Source of the DNA: Vicugna vicugna
Taxonomy: Eukaryota
Direction of reading: 5' to 3'
Length of the DNA: 64,000 nt
NCBI GenBank assembly: GCA_013265495.1
Contig: MU058337.1
Span: forward strand, 3,130,686 to 3,194,685
How positions within the stretch are numbered: position 1 is the first letter of the stretch; each line of letters opens with the position of its first letter. Shown here piece by piece: positions 52,310 to 64,000 of the stretch. The translations under genes were made by a program, and so were the position numbers. Below the pieces are notes generated by a model. It worked only from the letters and a program-made list of their open reading frames with translations, was not told the origin of the DNA and did no database searches.

Positions 52310-52881
52310 TTAGCCAAGACACGGAAGCAACCCAAATGTCCATTGACAGATGACTGGATAAGAAGATGTAGTGTATTTATACAATGGAATACTACTTGCC
52401 CATAGAAAGAATAAAATAATGCCATTTGCAGCAACATGGATGGACCTAGAGATCGTCATTCTAAGTGAAGTAAGCAAGAAAGAGAAAGAAAAACACAATA
52501 TAATATCACTCATACATGAAATCTTAAAAAAAAAAGGGAAAAAAGGACACTATGAACTCATCTACAAAACAAACAGACTTGCAGACATAGTAAACAATCT
52601 TATGGTTACTGGGGAAAGAGGGTGGGAAGGGATACACTTGGGAGTTTGAGATTTACAAATGTGAGCCACTATATATAAAAATAGATTTAAAAAAATTCTT
52701 CTGTATAGTGCAGGGAACTGTGTTCAATATATCATAATAACCTTTAATAAAAAAATACTAAAACAAATATATGTGTGTGTATATGTGACTGGGACACTGT
52801 GTTGTACACCAGAGATTGACACATTGTAACTGATGGTACTTCAATTAAATAAATAAATTAGTAAATAAGTAAATAAATAAA
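52310..52881 (+). mobile_element. Young 5'-truncated L1 (camelid-type 3'UTR)
   Basis: ORF2 C-terminus (KNKIMPFAATWMDLEIVILSEVSKKEKEK in ORF 52371-52649), 3'UTR and a (TAAA)n tail. Confidence 0.93.
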
Positions 52882-53003
52882 TGTCATATTTTATATTCAT
52901 TGGTCACGCCATTCTCTTCAGCTGGATGTGATCCTTGCCCCATTTTCACTGATTAGATTCCTACTTATGTTTCAAACTCCAATTAAAATAAATATATGGC
53001 TAA

Positions 53004-53304
53004 TAATAAAAATAATAAATAAAGAAATGGACTCATGGACAGAGAATACAGACTTGTGGTTACGGGGGGGGCGGGGTAGAGGGAGGGAAGGGATAGACGG
53101 GGATTTCAAAATTGTAGAATAGATAAACAAGATTACACTGTATAGCACAGGGAAATATACACAAAATGTTATGATAAATCACAGAGAAAAAAATGTGACA
53201 ATGAGTGTGTATATGTCCATGTATGACTGAAAAATTGTACTGAACACTGGAATTTGACACAACACTGTAAAATGATTATGAATCAATAAAAATGTAAAAA
53301 AAAA

Positions 53305-53329
<25 letters not shown>
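53004..53329 (+). mobile_element. Young 5'-truncated L1 3'UTR (second camelid-type family) with 18-bp TSD
   Basis: 3'UTR with G-rich tract, AATAAA and (TAAA)n tail; aaataaatatatggctaa at 52986-53003 and 53330-53347; TTAAAA endonuclease site at 52983-52988. Confidence 0.92.
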
Positions 53330-53335
<6 letters not shown>

Positions 53336-53347
53336 ATATATGGCTAA

Positions 53348-53681
53348 CCCCCAGTACATCAGAATGTGACTATATTTGGAGACAGGCTCTTTAAAGAGGT
53401 AACTAAGGGGAAACAAGATCACTGGGAAGAGCTCTGATCCACTATGACTGGTCTTCTTATACGAAGAGGATGTAGGCACTCACAGAGGAAGGAGCGCGTG
53501 AAGACAGGAAGGAGAGGACCGCCATCTCGAACACATGGAGAGAAGTTTCAGAAAAAGACAGTCCTGCCAATGCTACTTGATCTCGGGCTTCCAGCCTCCA
53601 GGATCGTGACAGAATAAAGTTCTGTTGGTTACGCCACGTCGTCTGCGGTACTTTGTTAGAGCAGGCCTAGAGAACTAACAC
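53348..53681 (+). mobile_element. MLT1B/C-like MaLR LTR
   Basis: 'cccccagtacatcagaatgtgactatatttggagacaggctctttaaagaggtaactaag...ttccagcctccaggatcgtgacagaataaagttctgttggttacgccac...ggtactttgttagagcaggcctagagaactaaca'. Confidence 0.88.
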
Positions 53682-54467
53682 GCTTGCTCTCCAAATACGT
53701 GAATTTTAGAGGAAGTAAAAGAAACTGTATAGAGGACAAAATGATAAAAGTAGCAGAATCAGGAGTCACGCTCAGTTCTCGAGATGCAAAGTGTGAAAAG
53801 TTTTCTATTCTTTCTCACCTTTACTTTGTGAAGATTCTACCTTGATAATTCTATGTGAATTCCGATAATGCTGACTGTGCCATCAAGTTGGGATGTTTAT
53901 ACCTCCATAGCTAATTATATTTGTATTATTTCCTCACCTATTTCTTATGCCTCTAAATCTTTATATCCCTTCTAGAATCTGGAACTGTGACTTGAAGTTG
54001 AGAAGAGCTCAATAAACATGATAGTTTAAATATAGCACAAGAGGGTAAAACACTTACATTAAGGGAATCAAAACCAATGTTAAAAGTTATTCAAGTCACA
54101 ATAGAAGTATGTGAGCAAGATGGTTTGCTACCTATAGAGGGTTTAATTTAGTTTGATTGTAAAAAATTTTGTCTTCAGTTTTTTTAGTGTGATTTATTTC
54201 TTTTATTTATTTTCCCCTTTTTTTCAACAAAGATTTTTCCGGCAAACAGATTTTAAGGTGCACGTATAGACTGAGTCTGCACTGTGTTTGCAACTCACAT
54301 ATAATCTTGTAAAAATACCTGATGTCTTTTTTTTTAATAATCTAGGGATTGACATTATTCTGGGTATTAGCACGGCTCCATAAGTAAACGCCAACATTAA
54401 ACTTACCCTTTTGCTGCTTTGTGTGTGAAATAAAAAGCTCTGCTCAAATATTTATTTGACTACTTAC

Positions 54468-54609
54468 CTCGATTCATTTTTGCATCCTATTGCCTGATAA
54501 TATCCCACTAAAAGGTCTTAGGCATAATTCCTTAAAATTGTGATTGTCATGGTAACTCCCAGGAGCCATGTACCAGTACCACCGGCAGTTTCCTTTAAAA
54601 TATTCAGGG
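54468..54609 (-). other. Candidate internal exon (probably non-coding)
   Basis: Minus-strand acceptor tccttgttttgctgtttcAG and donor GAG|GTAAGT; 142 nt; all three frames contain a stop. No transcript evidence. Confidence 0.35.
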
Positions 54610-57249
54610 CTGAAACAGCAAAACAAGGATATAAAATAACATCATACTCAAACAAATTAATTAAAAAAATAATAGATTTGTAACGCCTAACATTCCTGTT
54701 TGACACTTGGAACGTTGTTAGCTCGCAAGACAGAACAAAGATAATAAGTAAAACTATATGTGTGCCGAAATAAATTAGATTTCAAAAGCATCATTTTTAA
54801 TAAAGGCTTTTAACTGCCTCAGTCTAGAAATAGTCTGCAATCTGGTTGATAAATATGCGGCAAATGACAAATTAATATGTGTTGGCCCTCATCAACATCG
54901 GAGACAAATGTTATTATAATGTTTTGGACTCTGCTCAGTTTTGTCTGTCTGGGGAGAGGCTGAAGAAATGGCAGAGAATCTGCCATTCAGAGGGATGAAG
55001 CTGCCCTCTATGTGACAAGTGTGTGTCCTGCACCAACAAAAACAAGTGAAAGATTTCGAGATTTAAAGGGAACACATTTTATTATTTGCAAAATCCCTTA
55101 AAACTCTTAAATACTGAGAAAAATGAAAGACTGCGAGACTAAGATCCCACCAGGACCTCTAAAATCTCCGTGGAACAGCAAGAGTTTCCCCAGTGGATTA
55201 TATATTTCCAGAAGTTAAATAGTCAATTTAAATTTTATAACTTTAAATTTGTCCTTTTTATAAGCTCGCAAAATGTAATAAAACCACGTTAACAAAATCA
55301 GAAAACGCAGAATGATTTTAGATAATTAAAATTATTTTAAGCAGTCCTGCTAGATTATATAAATACACAATAAAAAAATCAAACTGGTTTCTTATACTCA
55401 GAATATTTCCATAAAACAAATGTGTTAATGAGTTCCCAAAGACCCACTCCAGGTGAAGGAAAACAGTTTAATTATGACAGATTGTGTAACTTCAAGAGTC
55501 TAGAAATGTACATAAGCCTTAAGTTGCTGATGATAAGTATATTCTTTATGGGTTTTATTATTTATGTTTTAATTCTCTCTTCTATATTGAGGTCATCCAG
55601 AAATGACTATTAGGACTTTATGTGAAAGACACTATATTGTAATAATGACTGTGAAGTTTTAAATGTATTTTTGTCCTGGATCTGTCCATTAATAGATGGA
55701 TTATCTTGGGCAAGGAAGGAAAAATTAATAGTATTCGGTAACAGACTTTGTCTACTGATGAAATAAAATATACATGTAAAATATTTATCTCAATAAAAGA
55801 CACATAGTAAGTGATTAATAAATATTATGGATTCTAATTATTAAGATGGCTATGGTGTAATTTTCTGCCCCTGAGTTTGGGTAACGCTATAATGACAGTA
55901 CCCTTTCCACCACTATGGTCATATTTGCCCTCCACCACAGCATGTCAAAGCAGTAGCAGTCAGCACATTGTGCCACAACTATTAAATTGTGCTTGACCCC
56001 TACCATATTCAATTCTGATTTCTCCCTCGTATAAGATCGCTACTATATTTGGCTCCTGGTCTGCCTTCTCCCTTTCTGCTTAAAAATTGCTCTGGGAGTT
56101 TGGGAATTGAGTTTGCTCAGGCTTAGAGAAAGCCTAAAGCTAGTAATATTCTACAAAGTGCACTGCTGTGTGTAAATACCATTACAACAAATTTTAAAAC
56201 ATTCCTTGTATAACAAAGATTTCCAAATTATCGCCAATGGCACTTCTGGTGTGAGCTATAGTGTAACTTCCAGTGCATGGAAATATTTGGGGGAATTTTT
56301 GGAAGTATTTGGTTATTTTATAATAATATGACCTGAAGTTTATTTCAAAATTGAGTGACCATCCACTTTTATTGAGCATTTGCTTTGTGTTTTGTATGAA
56401 ATGTACATCATGTAAAATATATTTTAAAGAGCATGAAGGAGAATTCTCATATCCATGATGATTTCAAATGATACAGTTAAGCCTTTGATTAGTAAGGTTA
56501 AGACAGTTTAACTTTTTCATGTTCTGAGATTTATTACTGCTGATATATGTCCCAGTAGACACATCACAAGAATAAAAATTCTTTGGTGTGATCTGGCAGA
56601 AAAAAAGCAGTAATTAGTGTGCAGAGTTTTTTCTACTTGATTCTGCTATGTGATCACTGGCAAATAATTTAACTTATCTACAACTCCAGACCTTTATGTG
56701 TAAATTCAATGATTGTATTATTATTCAAGTTTTCACCAACATCTCTAATGCTAAGACTCTCATAGTTATTGATAAAATGAGACTTATGTTTAATTAGCCC
56801 ACCCCTGGGCAGCGGTGGCCTCAGCTCAGGGAGAACAAACAGGCAGCCCCAGAAGCTCCTGGGGCTGGTACATATATTTGGACTAAAGTGCAGGACCTCT
56901 GGGTTCTGATTCAAAATGCATCAGTATCATCTGTGTGAGCTCAAACGAACCACAGAGCCTTTCTCTCTCAGTGTTAGAAGGGCGTTCCTAATGCCTGCCA
57001 TCATCCTTACGGTGTACAGCTGAGAGTGACACACTGCAAGCTTGATTCACAATAGGCAAATAGCAACATCTTTGTAAATAAGATTTATAACTGGGGTGTT
57101 TATATGCTTAAAGGAGCTAAAAACATAATGCAGGTTTAAGAAGAATCTGAGTATTTAAATAAGTCTTATCCCATAACGTCAAATAGATTTTGTATTGTTC
57201 TTTGGGTGACTTAACATTATGTCATTCCCATCCCACTATCAGTGATGGT

Positions 57250-58275
57250 TAGATCATTGAGATGGAATCAAAGAGGGGACATCAGGTCTGAATAACATTA
57301 GAGGTCAAATGAACCTAACAGACATAAACAGAATGTTCTACCCAAGAAGAGCAGAACACACCTTCTTCTCAAGTGCACATGGAGTATTTTCTAGGAGGGG
57401 AATGTTATGTTAAGCCAGAAAACAAGCCTTAACAAAATCTAGAAGACTGAAATCATACTAAGTAACGTCTTTGACCACAGTGGTATGAAATTAGAAATTA
57501 ACAAGAAGAGGAAAACTGGAAAATTTGCACACACATGGAAATTAAATAATATTCTCCTAAATGGCCAATGGATCAGAGAAGAAATTAAAGGGGAAATAAA
57601 AAAACTTTCTTGAGACAAACAAAAATGGAAACACAACATACCAGAGCTCGCGGGTTGCAGCAAAATTAGCTCTGAGTGAACTTCGTAGCAATAAGACCCA
57701 CATAAAGAAGCAAGAGAGAGCCCAAATAAACAAGCTAGCTCCGTGCCTTAGGGCCCTACAGAAGTATGAACCAGCTGAGCCCCGGGTTAGCAGAAGACAG
57801 AAAATAATAAAGATCAGAGCAGAAATAAATGGAATGGAGAACAGAAAGTCAATAGAAAAGATTAACCAAAGCAAGAGTTGGTTCTTTGAAGAAATAAACA
57901 ACACTGACAAACCTTTACCTAGATCCAACCAAGAAAAAAGAGGGAAAGAAGCCAAAGCAACGAAATTATAAACGAAAGAGGAGACATTACAACTGATACC
58001 ACAGAAACGCAGCAGCTCATAAGAGGCTACAGTGAACAACCATATGCCAGTAAACTGGACAACCCCGAAGAAATGGGAAAGCTCTTAGAAACATACAGCT
58101 TACCAAGACTGAAACAAGAAGAAACAGCAAGCCTGAATTGATGGATGACTAGGAAGGAGATTGAATCATTTATCAGACGTTTTCCCAGTGAAGAGAAGCC
58201 CAGGACCAGCTGGCTTCATGGTGAATTTTACGGAACATTTAAAGAAGAATGACTACTAAATCTTCTCGAACTCTG
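57250..58275 (+). mobile_element. L1 ORF2 internal fragment (endonuclease C-terminus and following region)
   Basis: Translates in pieces as HTFFSSAHGVFSR and VFDHSGMKLEIN (SDH-type EN motif), then 'aagagttggttctttgaagaaataaacaacactgacaaaccttta'; disrupted, no 3'UTR. Confidence 0.92.
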
Positions 58276-59779
58276 CCCCCCATGAAATATCACGGCATTC
58301 TTATAAGACCTGTCTGAATAATATTTTGTTCTAGGGTGGCACAGGGAACAGTTTAAATATTAGATAGAAATAGAAAAGGAGACCTTTTGAAGGAAAAGAA
58401 GTTTTTTTCTCATCTAGCTTAGGTCAATGTTCCTTGTTCCTTCATCCTGAAAAATACGTGCTTTGATACAGATTTGAATTTGATCACATTAATACACTGC
58501 ATCTTTGAACTCCAGATTCTTCATTGTATATCAAACAAAGCTAAGGTGTTTTCGACATAACAGTTAATGAATGTCTTTGCTATTCTACTAAGATTGGTTT
58601 TAACTAGTCTTATTTATGAATGATGTGTATGAATCCCATGTTTACTGTATGAATCGTATAATATATATGAATCGTATGTTTACCATGCGACTTATTTATA
58701 AAATGAAATGGCCTTATATGTTGTAGGAGAAAATGTCATTAAAAAGCAAAACAACAACCACCAAAACCTTCTCAAAGGTAACGATCCCAACAGTTTAATC
58801 TGTTTATAATTTACAATTTATCTGGCATTGAGAAAGAATGATTAAATAGTAAAGAGGGAAGCAATGCTTTCTTCCCTGTACTTAGCCTCTATTCCAAATA
58901 AAAATGGCAGTTTTAAGAAAGTTGTTTTGAAAAATTCACAGAGATCCAACTAAATAAAGACCCTAAACATTTCATGGAACATAAACTAGAACTTCAAAAG
59001 GAAAGCCACAGGGAACAAAACCACAGAATTATCCTTGACGATACTAAGAAAAAAGTTCTGTTAAAATCTATGCAATAAGACACAGATATTTTGCATCTAA
59101 TGAAGATAGAATAGACACTTTCCCAGTAATTAAGTAATTTGGAGAGTATAGAAGTAGAATTTTTTTTAAAAAGGACCCAGCTTCATGTTTGTGATAAATA
59201 GGTGGCTGCCTAAACAGGAATCCAGTACAGGCAGGAACAATTATTTGAATTTTAAAATACTGAAATTAGTCGAGAATTGATGAGTTTAGTGTGAGAGGAT
59301 GATCTGTAACCAAAGTTAAAAAGTGAGAGCATTTTAGCTAAGTGAAATGAAAGAAACATTACTTTCAAACATTTTTATAATGAGAAATATAAATAAATTT
59401 TATTTAAAAATTCATCTTTCATTTTTCTTAGTAAATTTAATAGATGTACATAATTGACGGCTTTAGCAACAACCACCATTGACTAATTTCTTCTTTTACT
59501 ATGATTTGAAAACTCAGTCTTATATAATACATTCCAACGTTTTTGTGAGTCTTACACAGAATCTGAATTCTCTTTCACTAATCTATTAGTACCCAAAATA
59601 ACTCTGTAATTACTCACTCTTAGTATCTTGCGGTATTTCCTAAGTCTTATAAACTCCCCTTGTTATCTGTAAGAATTAACCAATTTTTGCACATTACTAT
59701 TGGTAAAATCAGCACCTCAATATATGACAAAATATCCAGGTTTTAGTTTGTGTTTCAGGCTTAACTTATGGCTTGACTT

Positions 59780-61700
59780 GAGGAGAATTTTCACCTCTAC
59801 CATGTTTCGTTTTGCCATCATTTTATACAATAGATTTTCTGATTATATAGGGCTTCCCTAATGTCCTTTACTAAAGTCTTATTGATTTTTACTATATTGT
59901 CCTTGAACATTTCTTGTTAGAATTACTTCCTATTTCTCTATATTTTTCTTGCTGTTACAAATCAGTTTATCAGTGTTTCATTTTACATTCCGCTATAGCT
60001 GAAAAGAATAGACAGTTTTTACGGTAGTCTTGAGCAAACCAGTATTTTAAGTTCAGTTTTTATTCTAAGAATTTGATAATTGATAATCTTGGAATTGGGG
60101 GCGTTGAAAATTCTTGTCTATGCCTTTCTAATAGTTACAATACCGTACAATACTTATATATTTTCTCACATTCACTTATTTCTTGCAGTAAAATCATTCT
60201 GGTGAAACAAAGACTAACAGGGACAGTGGTAGACATCCATGATTTTTATGTAAAAAATTTTAATTAGAATGCCATCCAAAATGAAGTATCTACTGGTTGT
60301 TTCTGATAGTTAACTGTTGTATAATTATATCAGTTTTATTCCATTGCTCAGAGGGTTATCACGGAGTGGTAATAAATTTAATCTTTATTTTCAATATAAT
60401 CAGCACATATTTATGAAGTGCTTACTCTCTGTCAAGTGTGGTTAAAGAGCTTGTCTTGAATGCAATTAATTGTAGTGATAGATTGTCTAATGTTTAACTT
60501 CTTGCATTGCTCCCATGAAATGTATTAAATTATGTTATATTTTAAACAATAATGATGGTAGTATTTTATTTTTACATGTGTATTTATTAGAGTGATTAAC
60601 TAATAATTTGTCTTTATTATGTTTTATAATTTTTTATTATTAGTTTATCTTCCATAAATTGAATCAAATCATTTCACATATTTTCCTATGTTGGGGTTAA
60701 TGTGAAATAGGAAAATTATATAAAGAGAATCTGGCTTGTCTTTTTAGGTACTTATCAATAATCTTTGATGAGCAAAATTTTCTGATTTCGACCGTATACA
60801 ATTTTCTACTTTCTCTGAGTCCTTTGCTTGGTCACCAGAGTAACTTTCTTCATGAATTATCATGAAGACAGTCTATTTTTCCATCTAGACACTCCATAGT
60901 TTTAATTCTTAACTTTATCTTAATGAACTACCTCAAAATACATTTGTTTATATGATAATGTGAATTATACTTCCTGTATTCAGATAATTATTCAATTGTT
61001 CTAATACCATTTATTGAAAAAAAAAACCCTCCTTTTTTCATTGAACTCCATTGACATCCTTGTCAAAAATCATAAATCATCTGACAGCCACCAAAAAAAC
61101 AGGTAAATTTGTAAAGTGATGGACATGTTCATTAACTCAATGGGGGAAATCCTTCTTTCACAAGTATATGTACATTAAATAACGTATGTTTCAAAATTCT
61201 TGCAAATTTATTTGTCCGTTATAACTAAACAAAGCCAAAAATATGATTTGAGCAGGTTATGTGTGGGTTCGTTCTTAACTCTCCATTCTGGTTCATTAAT
61301 CTATTTGTCTAATTTTTCTTTCCTATAGATTTCTTGGAGTTTTTCTACGTACATACTTGTGTCACATGTTAACTGGGAAAGTTTAACTTCAAATCATTGT
61401 GTCATTTTTTTTTTCTTTTTAGTTCCTTATTGTAATGAATGGAAATGGCAGTAAAATATTTAAGAGAAGGGGTAGGAGACCATGCCCTGGCCATCTCACC
61501 ATCCTAAGGACAAATGTTTAATATTTCGCTGTTTTTAACAATGCTAACTCTAGGTTTTGGTATGGTTTTGTTGTTGTTTTATTTTGTTGATGCACTTTAA
61601 CGGTTTGAGGAAAGTTTCCATCATTTCTACCATTCTTAGTTTTCTGAGAATTATCACGAACTGAACTTTGTCAATATTTTTCCCTGCATCAATTCAACTC
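59780..61700 (-). mobile_element. Patchwork of very old antisense L1 (L1ME-like) fragments, with a short sense L1 3'UTR piece at about 61090-61240
   Basis: e.g. 'caattgttctaataccatttattgaaaa...ttgacatccttgtcaaaaatca', 'ggtttgaggaaagtttccatcatttctacc'; sense piece 'gtgatggacatgttcattaactcaatgggggaaatcc'. Confidence 0.6.
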
Positions 61701-62585
61701 CACATCTGTCATATATTAACCATCCTAAAAGTGCTTTTCATATCTGATCCACCCTCTTAAATGTAAACTCATCACCAGCGAGTTCAAGCTATTGCAAATG
61801 ATCATGGACTGATGATTAATCATCCTCTCTGGTCAGTGAGTCACCCGTGGGTTGTTTAGAGAGGGACAGAGGGGGCAGCTTTGGAGACAACACATGGGAA
61901 GACCTGACTTGCATTTGTAAGTCTTATGGACAATAGGACCAGCGATAGTCCTTGTGCTGTGAACTACTTGTAGCCCTGCGATCTCCAAGTTCTTTGCAAT
62001 TTCTTGCAAAAGGTTTTCCCAAAAGGTTTCCAAGGCTAAAAGGTAACACTGTAGGAAACTCAGTTTCCTTCACCATTACTACCAACAATGACAAAGTGTA
62101 TTCTTTCCATAAAAACCCTATGTACATTGACATATATGTGCAGTCTCCAGTCCTGTGTGTGTGTTTCTATGCAGCCAGGCACAGACTGGTGTCTGCAATT
62201 CATCAGTCTTACTTTTCTGTCCATCTGGCCTCATAACCTTTTCAACCTGGTTATGCTTTCCTACGTACCAATAACATTTTTAACATATTTATGAATTTAT
62301 AATATATTTTTATTTTTTTAATATTTGTAACTCACATGAGCCTTCGAAAGAACCAAAAATTTTCTATATCATTTTCATAACAGCTACCAGAAAAATGAAA
62401 ATGGAGTATTTGAATCTAGTTTATAACTATTTATGTAAGAAGGGTCTATTGAAATAAAATTTCAACAGCAATGAGAAACGGATGGGTAAACGTACATATG
62501 AAGATTATATGCTTAAACACAAAGGCTATGAGCGTCTAAGTTTCCAAAATGCTATTCTTCCTTTTTAGATGATCCGTTATCCAAG

Positions 62586-63037
62586 TGTAGCCAACACTGT
62601 CAGAGTCCACCCAGATACCTTTGTCTTTCATGCTCTGTGGACCTCAGGGGTCCAGCTTCCAGCTGCTGGCACCTCCTTGTCTTGCTTGAGGGCTTTCTCT
62701 GGTCTCTGAAGCTCAAATCGATGCCTAAAGTACCAGGGAATTAATATTCCTCAGAAGCGGCTTTTTACAGAGGACCAGTGGGAATCGTTACATGCAGTCC
62801 TCACCCCCATCCCCCTCCAGTGGGATAATTCCGGGACAGGGTTACTCTGTCACCCAAGAGTTCTCCAGTGGGATAAAACTCCTGCCACCTTCATTCACTA
62901 AGAGCTCGATAGCAAATGTTTTAAACTGTTGTCCCCATTATCTTACTTCCCCACTCCCTTGGAACCACCTTTAAAATAAACTGCTTGCACTGGAATCCCT
63001 GTTTCAGATTCTACTTTAGAGGTAATGCCTCTAAGCA
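62586..63037 (+). mobile_element. ERVL LTR16-like 5' LTR
   Basis: TG...CA termini, duplicated 'ctccagtgggataa' motif, and 3' end 'aaataaactgcttgcactggaatccctgtttcagattctactttagagg...ctaagca' typical of LTR16. Confidence 0.78.
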
Positions 63038-63396
63038 AGTTGGTGCCACAAAAAGTTACTGAAAGTAAATCCTCAGGATGCAGTTCAAGAATTAGGTGCA
63101 CGTGTCCACAGCTGGGAACAGGGACGTTTCGTCGGTTGTAAGACTACTTAATCAGCCTACGTAGCCAGCACACCTACTCAGGACTCTGGTGGTGACTTGG
63201 GGGAGCCTGGGTTTTGTAGTGTGTGTCTCTAGTCTGGGGACCGATGGAGACAACAGCATTTCTAAGGACTGCAGAACAAGTTGGTTGTGGTTAAGTGCAG
63301 TCAAGACACTGAAGGAACGAAATCACAGACTCCATTTACCTAACTATCAACTCAGGGCACAAAGGGAACGCCAGAAATTTCCCTGAAAACATTTAA
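63038..63396 (+). mobile_element. ERVL internal region: PBS-like site and gag remnant
   Basis: 'agttggtgcca' directly follows the LTR; ORF 63189-63386 contains KDCRTSWLWLSAVKTLKERNHRLHLPNYQLRAQRERQK, resembling the ERVL gag N-terminal coiled-coil region. Confidence 0.7.
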
Positions 63397-63708
63397 GACT
63401 CATCTACAAAACAGAAGCAGACTTGCAGCCATAGTAAACAATCTTATGGTTACCGGGGGGGCGAGGGGGTGGGACAGGATCAATGTGAGAGTTTGAGATT
63501 TATAAATATTGACCACTGTGTATAAAAATAGATTTAAAAAAATTCTTCTCTATAGCACAGGGAAATACAGTCAATATCTTGCAATAACCTTAAATGGAAA
63601 AGAATATGAAAATGAATATATGTGTGTATATGCATGCCTGGGACATTGTGCTGCGCACCAGAAATTGACACATTGGAACTGATGGTACTTCAATTAAAAA
63701 AAAAAAAA
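63397..63708 (+). mobile_element. Young 5'-truncated L1 3'UTR (same family as 52310-52881)
   Basis: Shares 'actcatctacaaaac...agacttgcag..atagtaaacaatcttatggttac' and 'actgatggtacttcaattaaa' with the 52.5-52.9 kb copy; ends in poly(A). Confidence 0.92.
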
Positions 63709-64000
63709 GGCATCGGCAATGTGCTCCCAGAACCACCTTCAACCCAGGTGGTGTCATTACACTCTGTTACAGTCGCCAGCCTTCTAGCTTGAATCCCGAG
63801 TTATATCAAGCCCTTAGAATAATAATTAACATTTAACATGCTTCCCATAAATATTGATTAATTGAGGAAATGATGGGAAATCTCTAAAAATATTTTGACA
63901 CGCTGTAAACCTCCAGCAAAATATGAAGGCACATCAAGAAAGCTTGGGAGAGAAGGGAGAAGGATGACCTCGTCAGATTTAGAGAAATAGTGCATCTATC

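Noticed and set aside
55855..56155. Possible ancient LTR (TG...CA-bounded, GC-richer block)
   Set aside because: I could not match it to a family or find a TSD.
57557..58039. 160-aa hydrophobic minus-strand ORF resembling a membrane protein
   Set aside because: It is the antisense reading of A-rich L1 ORF2, a common artefact.
1..64000. tRNA, rRNA, snRNA genes, CRISPR arrays, operon-like or horizontally acquired systems
   Set aside because: None recognised by eye; composition and repeat content are those of ordinary mammalian intergenic/intronic DNA. An Infernal/Rfam scan would be needed to exclude small RNAs.

Overview
Mammalian, AT-rich, repeat-rich genomic DNA. The young L1 3'UTRs (52310-52880, 53023-53329, 63397-63708) look, from recall, like camelid (alpaca/camel) L1 families, so the species call is an inference. 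I find no intact protein-coding gene; the ORF-track entries are explained by L1/LTR remnants, GC-rich sequence or chance. The clearest gene-derived element is an intronless, disabled SEC61G processed pseudogene (about 2823-3402, +), which the ORF track misses. Other notable items: a CpG-island promoter with a (GGC)9 repeat and no identifiable gene (about 47465-48030); an ungapped 99-bp local duplication (42474-42572 / 44213-44311); several insertions with readable target-site duplications (TSDs); an ERVL LTR16-like element with PBS and gag remnant; and repeat-poor, motif-dense stretches, one containing a well-formed minus-strand exon candidate. Nothing amounts to a demonstrable new biological system; the best open question is an unannotated non-coding transcription unit around the CpG island. 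Repeat subfamily names are from recall of consensus sequences, and boundaries without a TSD are approximate.
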